From assembly GCA_963733055.1 (NCBI GenBank), contig CAVTBR010000003.1, forward strand, positions 160,001 through 224,000: a stretch of DNA of 64,000 nt, in the 5' to 3' direction. A model generated the notes under the pieces. The model did not search any database. It saw nothing but the letters and a program-made list of their open reading frames with translations, and was not told where the DNA came from. The translations under genes were made by a program, and so were the position numbers. The stretch is from Candidatus Bathyarchaeota archaeon. GTDB taxonomy: Archaea; Thermoproteota; Bathyarchaeia; 40CM-2-53-6. Below, piece by piece: positions 49,273 to 56,726 of the stretch. Each line of letters begins with the position of its first letter. Position 1 is the first letter of the stretch.

Positions 49273-49429
49273 AGCCCGGTGGTGTAGTGGTCAAACCACG
49301 CACGTGGGACTATGCATAGCATTGGCGCCAGAAACCTGCCACTAGACGGCTCTGGATCCCCTCACCGAGGAGAAACCTGCCGACGGGAGAGGCCAAGCGC
49401 CCCGAATTCGAATCTCCCCCGGGCTACCA
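49273..49429 (+). tRNA. tRNA-Gln(CTG) with four introns (21/22, 29/30, 37/38, 53/54); CCA encoded
   Basis: Exons 49273-49294, 49314-49321, 49348-49355, 49375-49389 and 49407-49429 join to a 76-nt cloverleaf: AGCCCGG TG GTGTAGTGGTCAAGCAT A GCAGG CTCTGGA CCTGC CGAC GGGAG TTCGAAT CTCCC CCGGGCT ACCA. Each junction has a BHB-like motif. Confidence 0.9.
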
Positions 49430-49584
49430 ATAACCACCGTACGAGAACATCGAACGGAGCTCCTCCGGAAGGGATTGCTTATCTCGGGGATCGTCGGTTG
49501 TCGACTCCCAAATAATGAGAGGGTTGATCAATTGGTTTCTGCTAATTTCACCGGCGGCCAGGAGCAGTCGCCCTAATTCTACCA

Positions 49585-49932
49585 ATGGGTGATCACCTGA
49601 TCTCGCCTGTCTTGACAATTCTTCTGGCACCATCCCTCATGTATAGCGTGTTCGGCCCGGGCGCCGTTGCAGCCGTAGTGTTTTTCGTTGTGCTCGGTGT
49701 ATACCAACTCTTGTGGATTGGCATCCTCCTGAAATCCAACAACATATTTTTGCTGGCCATGGGAATCCCAGGAAATCTAGTCTCAATAGTCATCTACTTC
49801 GTGTCCCTGGGCGGAGTTACGATTTTTGGTGTCCCACCGCAGAACGGCGGAATTTTCGCGCTCCTCATCAAGGCGCTGGAGGTTATCTACGTAGTCACAT
49901 GCGTTTACTTGCTAAAGGCTAAACTTCGGTAG
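49585..49932 (+). CDS. Small membrane protein
   Basis: 115 aa, 3-4 TM helices; possibly N-terminally truncated. Confidence 0.55.
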   Translation: MGDHLISPVLTILLAPSLMYSVFGPGAVAAVVFFVVLGVYQLLWIGILLKSNNIFLLAMGIPGNLVSIVIYFVSLGGVTIFGVPPQNGGIFALLIKALEVIYVVTCVYLLKAKLR

Positions 49933-50142
49933 ACCTTTCCGGATGCGCAAAAGACGCTTATCCTTCCGCGTACGTGGCAGAATTTGTTCACGAGCCTGAA
50001 CTATACCCTGAAGACGGAAGACCAATATTTCCTCGTTCATTTAATTGAGCAAGGGTTACTGGCTGGAATGGAAATAGGTCGCAAGCGAAGCCTCGATAGG
50101 ATCACTTAAGCGTAGCAAAGGGTTCGGAATACGTGAAAAAAT

Positions 50143-50505
50143 ATGCGCAAGGAAAAGTTCAGGACGATAGACGATTACATCAAAGCCTCGCCGAAGGAAG
50201 TTCAGAGCACTCTAGAAAGAATAAGGCAGACAATACGCAAAGCGGCACCAGATGCTGTAGAAGCTATTAGCTATCAAATCCCCACATTCAAACTAAACGG
50301 CAACTTGGTATGGTTTGCAGCGTTCAAGAACCATATTGGATTTTACCCAAGGAAGTCCGGCATTGAAGCATTCAAAAAGGAACTATCGTCATATAGAGTC
50401 GCAAAAGGCTCTGTGCAATTCCCGATAGACAAACCTATCCCACACGATTTGGTGAGAAAAATCGTGGTATTTCGAGTGAAGGAAAAACAAAGCAAAAAGA
50501 GATAG
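50143..50505 (+). CDS. DUF1801/YdhG-like protein
   Basis: TIDDYI, EAISYQIPTF, FAAFKNHIGFYP, KGSVQFP. Confidence 0.9.
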   Translation: MRKEKFRTIDDYIKASPKEVQSTLERIRQTIRKAAPDAVEAISYQIPTFKLNGNLVWFAAFKNHIGFYPRKSGIEAFKKELSSYRVAKGSVQFPIDKPIPHDLVRKIVVFRVKEKQSKKR

Positions 50506-50659
50506 AAATAGACTTTGTTCACGCTCAACCTGCCCACCAGTCTTACGGCGGGCAGTAGCGTCGAATTGCCAGGAGCATAAGTGCACGATGTGCTTTTGAT
50601 CCTGGACCACGTCCCGATTCTTTGTGTGAATCTGTCATCTTCAATTAGCGGCACGAACT

Positions 50660-51295
50660 GTGACGTGGAAAATGAACCCGGAGACTTTCCTGCAGGGGCT
50701 GATTGCAGGTTACGGTATTGCCATCCCTGTAGGTCCGGTCGGCATCCTGATAGTTGAAGTTGGGATCCGTAGAGGGTTCAGATTTGCTTTCTTTGCCGGC
50801 TTGGGCGCCGCATCAGCGGACCTAATCTACGCGAGTCTGGCCGCTCTGGCGGGCACGTTCCTAGTTGAGTATCTCAAGCCCTTCTCCTTTGTGATTCAAT
50901 ACGTGAGTGGGTCACTGTTGATAACGATCGGAGTGTGGATGTTCTATCAAGAAAGAAGAACGGGCAGAAGCTTACATCGGAGTGATGCTTCGACTGGCTG
51001 TTTGAGAACGTACGTGACGTTTTTCGGGTTGACGCTATTGAATCCGCTAACTGTCACGTACTTCACATCCTTGATCCTGGGATTACGTTTCAGCATCGTA
51101 ACCGCACCGATGGATGTGCTGAGTTTCGTTTTGGGAACCTTCCTCGCCTCGCTTTCCTGGCAAACACTCATCGCGTCAGTTTGTGGGTTTGGTCACAAGC
51201 GCCTCGCGGCGAGAACCCAGGTGGTTACATTCACTCTTGGTAACTGTGTGGTTGTCGCACTGGGCTTAGCGATCCTTCTCGGATTCAAAATATGA
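50660..51295 (+). CDS. LysE-family exporter
   Basis: IAIPVGPVG, GLGAASADLIY, LTLLNPLT. Confidence 0.9.
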   Translation: MTWKMNPETFLQGLIAGYGIAIPVGPVGILIVEVGIRRGFRFAFFAGLGAASADLIYASLAALAGTFLVEYLKPFSFVIQYVSGSLLITIGVWMFYQERRTGRSLHRSDASTGCLRTYVTFFGLTLLNPLTVTYFTSLILGLRFSIVTAPMDVLSFVLGTFLASLSWQTLIASVCGFGHKRLAARTQVVTFTLGNCVVVALGLAILLGFKI

Positions 51296-51516
51296 TGGTC
51301 GAGGAGCGAAAAATCGACACCTATCCTAGGATGCCTGAACTTGTACAGCTGCTGGATTTCGTAGGTAACCACGCGCATCAGGCTATGGAGGAGGTGCACT
51401 CAAAGTATTACTTCATAATCCTTAAATGTAATACATGCTCAATTGCTTACATAGCGCAGTTACCCTGCCGGTCCAAGGAATGTCATCCCCCCATCAACCC
51501 GACGCAAGTGCAATGA
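51292..51516 (+). CDS. Hypothetical small protein with HxH and CxxC
   Basis: ATGA overlaps with lysE and with the next ORF; NHAH...CNTC. Confidence 0.5.
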   Translation: MMVEERKIDTYPRMPELVQLLDFVGNHAHQAMEEVHSKYYFIILKCNTCSIAYIAQLPCRSKECHPPINPTQVQ

Positions 51517-51683
51517 CTATAGACGCGCCAGTGCGCCCAGAAACTGTGGAGACCTCCTGTCTGGGCCAAGAGACAAGGTGCAGCAATTGCTACAACTGGT
51601 GGAACCGTGTCTGCAATTCTTGCGATTTGTGTGGATCGGCGCAGTATGCTCCTTGCGTGCACTGCGATTTCAATATGAGATGA
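51513..51683 (+). CDS. 56-aa Cys-rich protein (MTIDAPVRPETVETSCLGQETRCSNCYNWWNRVCNSCDLCGSAQYAPCVHCDFNMR)
   Basis: ATGA-coupled start; several CxxC pairs. Confidence 0.5.
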   Translation: MTIDAPVRPETVETSCLGQETRCSNCYNWWNRVCNSCDLCGSAQYAPCVHCDFNMR

Positions 51684-51817
51684 CCGTGACCAAGCAGATC
51701 ACTGTCCCTTCGATCAGTCCGTCGCTCATGGGGGTCGTTCCTGGCTAGTGGAGTTTTTCCACTTATGTCTATACTGGGGGGATGGTTTGGTTTGGGGTGT
51801 GAGGTGAAGTTGGATCC

Positions 51818-51931
51818 ATGAGAACCATCAAGGTTCCTGTGGTTGAGTACCCAGCAATGGCCTACCCATACTACCCCTACCCGTACACCTACGCCTGGCC
51901 TTGGCCATACGCCTACGGCTATTACTACTAA
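51818..51931 (+). CDS. 37-aa Tyr/Pro-rich peptide (MRTIKVPVVEYPAMAYPYYPYPYTYAWPWPYAYGYYY)
   Basis: GAGGTGA SD 10 nt upstream of ATG; 11 of 12 Tyr codons are TAC; pyrimidine-rich tract downstream. Confidence 0.6.
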   Translation: MRTIKVPVVEYPAMAYPYYPYPYTYAWPWPYAYGYYY

Positions 51932-52145
51932 ACCAATAGCCCAGTAGACCACCAAAAGCTGAACCCTCACCCACCCTCTTTCTATTCGATTCACGCAAAA
52001 CTACCGCATGAAGCGACTTTTGGAGTACCGGAAATATTCCACAATCTTTTCCCTCGAAACGGTCCGGAGAAAACATTTGTACTCTTCGAGCGAGTACGGA
52101 GGAGCCTTTATCATTTCGTAAAGCGAGAGCACAAGATGAAGCTCG

Positions 52146-52403
52146 TTGCTCGTAATTGTGAATTTGTCCGCGAGAAATTCAAGCTTCCCTGTGGAAGCGC
52201 TAGCGCAGGCTGACTTGGCCATGGAGGCTGTCGGTTTGAAGAAACAGGTTCGATCCGTATTGGTTCCCGGAAAACAGTTTTCGACAACCTACGAGGGTCC
52301 TACAGTTGAAAAGACTGAGGTAGAGGAAATATTGAAGCCGTTGGCCGAGCGGCATCAAATCACGGCATCAGTCGAAACCGAAGAATCTGTCTCATTCCCG
52401 TAA
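52146..52403 (+). CDS. Hypothetical protein, possibly ACT/ferredoxin-like fold
   Basis: 85-aa ORF with alternating beta/alpha pattern. Confidence 0.5.
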   Translation: MLVIVNLSARNSSFPVEALAQADLAMEAVGLKKQVRSVLVPGKQFSTTYEGPTVEKTEVEEILKPLAERHQITASVETEESVSFP

Positions 52404-52425
52404 GAACCTGAACGGCTCTTAATCG

Positions 52426-52846
52426 TTACACAACCTGGATTTCATCTGGGTTAAACGCGGTCCTGTCCTGGGTTAGTACCCATGCTGCAAAGTCGCGTGG
52501 TTCACCATTTTGGACGGATAATACTAGATACGCGAAATTAGGCCAAGCATACTCTAGATCGAGTTGGGATGGTTGGACTGGGGCGTCGGGGTGAGAATGG
52601 TAGACGCCGATCAGGTCGAGTTTAGACTTTCGTGCCTCTTCATCGGCACGTACCAACTCCAAGGGGTCAATGGTGTACCGCCTGCGCTTTGAGGGTGTAG
52701 CCACGTTCTGGGCCGCGAGCGCGTGGTGCACTCTCCTCGCAGTCCGAGGTCAAACCGATCAGGAAACCGCAACATTCCTCTGGGTAAGCGCTTCTTGCGT
52801 GGGTGGTTATGTACTGAAGCTGATCGGCTCGAATGACTATTACCAA
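52426..52846 (-). CDS. JAMM/MPN+ (Mov34/Mec-like) metalloprotease; frameshift near 52741
   Basis: YPEECCGFLIG in ORF 52667..52948 plus YHSHPDAPVQPSQLD in ORF 52426..52731 give the complete E...HxH-x7-S-x2-D motif. Confidence 0.88.
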
Positions 52847-53064
52847 TTTTCGAACCTGACTACCTTTGCACGGCGTATTTGAGGAATAGGTTGAGGGCAT
52901 TCCTTTTGACATTTGTCTGTCAAACTTGGTCGTCAAGTCTATTGGCACTCTCTGTTGCCGGTGCGAATTTTGGTTGTTTCAGTTTCACTCAGCTCAGATG
53001 ACGTTGCGCACCCTGGCTGCGTTATATCGCGAATCTCCGTACGTTGCTTCGCATTACAGTTTGA

Positions 53065-53259
53065 ATGGTGAATTGGCTGTTGCTTGAGGGATCTGCGAAA
53101 ATCATTCTGCCCAGCCGAGGCGACCGGAGCAAGACTGGAATACTGTACATACCCGCGGATGTTGTCAAGGATTCATTGTTCCCGTTCAGCCCTGACCAGG
53201 AAGTTGTTGTTCGAATTGACGGTAAGAAGTTAGTAATTGAAGGAGCTGCACTGTTTTGA
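53065..53259 (+). CDS. Small AbrB-like protein leading the crenactin operon
   Basis: GILYIPADVVKDSLFPF...VVVRIDGKKLVIE; stop overlaps the crenactin start. Confidence 0.65.
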   Translation: MVNWLLLEGSAKIILPSRGDRSKTGILYIPADVVKDSLFPFSPDQEVVVRIDGKKLVIEGAALF

Positions 53260-54529
53260 ATGGCGACAACTATCGAAGCCACTATACCTTCGCGATGGAC
53301 TTCGGGACCAGCGACTTCAAATTTGGTCCGATTACACTGGGCGAAAACCCGAGAATTGTGAACAATCGTGGCTATTTCCCTGACAAGAGCTCCGTCATGT
53401 ACAAGGCCTTTGAACCCACTTCCGACGTAATTGTTGGAGACGACGTGCCCCTCTACCTGCAGTCCGCCGAAGATTTGTCGAGCCGCTTAATCTACCCCAT
53501 GCGTAACGGAATGATCGACAAAGGCGACGATCAAGCGTGGCGCATGGTAAACAGTCTTACCTCCTACAGCTTAGACGAGTTCAAACCCCAACCAAACAAC
53601 GGCTTTCAAGGATACTACGTGGTCGCCTCCCTGTCCTCGGTCTCCCCCCGATACATGTACGAAAGACTGCTAGCCCAATTTCAAGAGAACAACCACGGAA
53701 AAATCAAGGCCGTCACAATCATTCCGCAACCTTTTGCGGTAGCGATTGGCCACGGAGTCACTACTTGCGTGGTCATTGAGTCAGGACACGGGAACAGTCA
53801 AGTCTGCCCAATCTCAAAATATCCTATCCGGGCGGCTCAGGTAGCGTTGAACCGAGGCGGCGGGGACGCACGAATGCTATAACTTCAGAGATTCTGAAGG
53901 ATTCTGGTTATGGCGATTTAGCAAATGAGGAGGCCGTGGTTAGGAAGGTTAAGGAGAACATCGGACTAGTCCCCGCGAATTTAGATAACGCAATCGCCGA
54001 TGCGAAGAAGTTCCCGCGAAAAGCCAGAGCGAAGTACAAAGTCCCCGGCACACGTGTCGAGATAGATCTTGAAAAGGACTCGTGGTCAAGGTTCCTGATC
54101 GGCGAGTACGTCTTCAACCCCAACCATGAGATCTTCGAGAGCTACTTTGGTCGCGGAATGCCAAGGCCCAAGGACGTCAAAATGGGCGACACGATCTTCA
54201 AGGGCATGCTCGATTTCGGAGAGGCGATAATCGCCTCCGTTGAAAGATGCCCGGTTGAACTGCAACCCATGCTCTACCGCGAAGTACTCCTCTCAGGCGG
54301 AAACTTCAGCTGGACCGTACCTCCTAAACTGCAAGACACCGCTGTCGACGCACCTACGAAAGTGCGCCTTCTGCTCCGGGACCGAGGTATCAAGAATGTT
54401 TCAGTCAAAATGACCAGCTCCCCCCAGTTCTCGGTTTGGCATGGGTGCATAATCTATGGTTTCGCTGTTCCGGAGAATTATGATTGGGATTGGCAGCGGT
54501 TGGAGGGGTGGATGAAAGTTTCAAGCTAG
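53256..54529 (+). CDS. Crenactin (archaeal actin); split by a 2-nt frameshift at about 53870
   Basis: YTFAMDFGTS..KFGPITL, LIYPMRNG, IIPQPFAVAI, ESGHGN.QVCPIS, ALNRGG; in the next frame NAITSEILKDSGY, RFLIGE, LLSGG, PQFSVWHG, EGW. Matches Pyrobaculum crenactin as I recall it along the whole length. Confidence 0.92.
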
Positions 54530-54569
54530 CCTTCCGGTTGAAGAGCGCGTTCTCCACTATTTTCTCGCG

Positions 54570-55250
54570 ATGGGCGCACAACAAACCCCCAACCCTGATC
54601 CGAACCAAGGAGGCCTCTCATTTCTTGTCGGCGCGGAAAACGTTCACGTCATGGTTTTGAAAACCCAGGACCTGGCCAAACGAAACTCTATCATCGACAC
54701 GGTCCTGAAGCTATCCTCGCTCAGGAATTCATATCAAACCGTCTACCTCGTCGCGCCTAGGCTACTGGGAGCAACGATAGACGCTGCCATATTCAGAGCC
54801 CACGGAATCGGGCTGCTATTCTTCGATGAACGAAGGATCGATGAAGCTGTGGCACCACAACGGCAAGAACCGCGGCCACAAAACACTCAGTCCGCACGGG
54901 ACCCAGGTCTCGTGAGCGAGCTGGCGACTCTAAAGTCGATGTATCATGAAATGGAACGAAACCTGAGCCAACTCCGCGACGATCTCAAGAACCTACATGA
55001 AGCTCCCCGGCGTGCCGGATTCTCGCCTCAACCTTCTCAGCCTCTCCAAGGGGTTCGCCCCGAACTAGTACTCGCTCCAAACATGAACCAAGACGAGGCT
55101 CTACACGCTTACTTCACCAACAACCCCGCCGACCCACCCCCCCCTAGGGGGGGGTCCCTAGGAGACCTACCGTCCTACTTCAGCAACAACCCTTGGCTGG
55201 ACGTGCTGTCAAAGCGCGGAAGATCGGAGAACGGACTCGTTGCCGGCTGA
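54570..55250 (+). CDS. Arcadin-2-like protein (crenactin regulator)
   Basis: Directly after crenactin; globular N-domain, coiled coil, disordered linker, C-terminal NNPWLDVLSKR resembling the arcadin-2 terminal helix. Confidence 0.75.
   Translation: MGAQQTPNPDPNQGGLSFLVGAENVHVMVLKTQDLAKRNSIIDTVLKLSSLRNSYQTVYLVAPRLLGATIDAAIFRAHGIGLLFFDERRIDEAVAPQRQEPRPQNTQSARDPGLVSELATLKSMYHEMERNLSQLRDDLKNLHEAPRRAGFSPQPSQPLQGVRPELVLAPNMNQDEALHAYFTNNPADPPPPRGGSLGDLPSYFSNNPWLDVLSKRGRSENGLVAG
55110..55192 (+). repeat. Imperfect 17-bp direct repeat (66-bp period) enclosing a perfect 20-bp palindrome A-C8-TA-G8-T
   Basis: TACTTCACCAACAACCC 55110-55126, TACTTCAGCAACAACCC 55176-55192, palindrome 55136-55155. Confidence 0.85.
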
Positions 55251-55515
55251 AATCGTCATTAAGGTCCCGATCAGGAGGATCACAGTCGTTATCGACACTC
55301 AGGACCAACTGGCTCCTGAGATGACGATTGATGACTTTCGCCATATGTTTGGGCAAGAACCTGAGTCGCCACGATACCGGCTGGTCAACATCGAGGTGAT
55401 AACTTCTCCCGACGACCAGCAACCGATGCTCGTCTCCGAATGCGGGCGGTACGGCAGATTCGTCCGAAGAGAGTCCGAAAACGTATACTTCCGTCGACCA
55501 CTGGAGACATTCTAG
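55240..55515 (+). CDS. Arcadin-3-like small protein
   Basis: Overlaps the arcadin-2 gene; VPIRRITVVID...EPESPRYRLVNIEVIT.P.D..MLVSEC...RFVRR. Confidence 0.6.
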   Translation: MPAEIVIKVPIRRITVVIDTQDQLAPEMTIDDFRHMFGQEPESPRYRLVNIEVITSPDDQQPMLVSECGRYGRFVRRESENVYFRRPLETF

Positions 55516-55793
55516 CGCCCAAACACCATTCTAGGGGCCTCCGGCCCATCCAGGTCAAGTTTGGGTTTACTTCACTGTTTTCGACGGGGTAGGCGCCGAA
55601 ATGTGAAAAATACCCGCACTAAGCGGCGGTTGCAAGGGGGAAATGCTAAAATTCGACGCAAGCTTTTTATACGCTCCGTGGGTAGTTATTATAGATTTCG
55701 GGCCGGATGACGTGATTCTCGAGCAGAACGACCGGCGTTCTACTGGAGGAGATAGATGGTCCGAGCGTCAAGCATCGAAAAAAGTGAAAAGAA

Positions 55794-56726
55794 ATGAGCA
55801 CAAGCACATCGACAAGAAAAGTTGGAAAGTTAACTAATTGTCCTGAATGCGGAAGCACAAACCTTGTAGAAGATTATGATGTTGGCGAGATCAGTTGCCA
55901 TAACTGTGGCCTAGTCATAAGTGAACACTCCCTAAACACAGGGCCCGAATGGCGCGCCTTCACAAAAGAGGAAAAAGATGAACGAGGCCGCGTAGGCATC
56001 CCCACATCATTCTCCATTCACGACAAAGGATTATCAACCGTAATCGATCGTGTGAACCGGGACGCATACGGCCGACAACTGCCCCTAGCGACCAGGCTCG
56101 AAATGCTGCGCCTCAGGAAATGGCAGATACGAACCCGAGTCCACTCCTCAGCCGACAGAAACCTCGCGCAAGCAATGGCTGAACTCGACCGCTTAACCGA
56201 CATGCTCCACATACCCGCCTCCATAAAAGAACGTGCAGCAATCGTCTACCGAAAAGCCCTCGACAACGGATTAGTCAGAGGTCGTTCAATCGCAGCAATA
56301 GCTGCCGCTTCACTCTACGCCGCATGCCGAATGTCCGAAACTCCCAGAACACTCAAAGACGTATCAGCCGCTAGCAGAATCCGCAAGAAGGACGTTGCAA
56401 GATGCTACCGACTCCTCGTCCGAGAACTTGACCTCCGGATGCCCGTTGAGGATCCTGTGAAATGCATTTCGAAGATAGCTACGAAGGTCGAAATCTCGAT
56501 GCCTACTCAGCAGCGTGCTATTCGGATAATTAACGAGGCAAAGCGAAAAGGCATCGTCGCAGGCAAGGACCCGATGGGGTTGGCAGCGGCTTCGCTGTAC
56601 GTCGCATGCGTTCTCGAAGGCGAGAAAAAGACCCAGAAAGAGATAGCTGAAGTAGCTAACGTCACCGAGGTAACAGTCAGAAACCGATACAAGGGCCTGA
56701 AGGAAGCCCTCAAACTCGACATCTAG
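55794..56726 (+). CDS. tfb: Transcription initiation factor IIB
   Basis: CPECGS...CHNCG Zn ribbon, GPEWRAF, HDKGLST, RGRSI, GKDPMG, VTEVTVRNRYK. Confidence 0.97.
   Translation: MSTSTSTRKVGKLTNCPECGSTNLVEDYDVGEISCHNCGLVISEHSLNTGPEWRAFTKEEKDERGRVGIPTSFSIHDKGLSTVIDRVNRDAYGRQLPLATRLEMLRLRKWQIRTRVHSSADRNLAQAMAELDRLTDMLHIPASIKERAAIVYRKALDNGLVRGRSIAAIAAASLYAACRMSETPRTLKDVSAASRIRKKDVARCYRLLVRELDLRMPVEDPVKCISKIATKVEISMPTQQRAIRIINEAKRKGIVAGKDPMGLAAASLYVACVLEGEKKTQKEIAEVANVTEVTVRNRYKGLKEALKLDI

Noticed and set aside
49312-49515. 67-aa ORF overlapping the tRNA-Gln locus
   Set aside because: The sequence is fully explained by the intron-containing tRNA
51590-51994. 134-aa minus-strand ORF
   Set aside because: Antisense of the Tyr-rich peptide, which has the SD and the codon bias; the V/G-rich translation is explained by that
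53860-53940. Programmed frameshift or real split of crenactin
   Set aside because: No slippery heptamer; a 2-nt removal restores the conserved NRGG-DANAITSEILKD sequence; similar indels occur throughout the window
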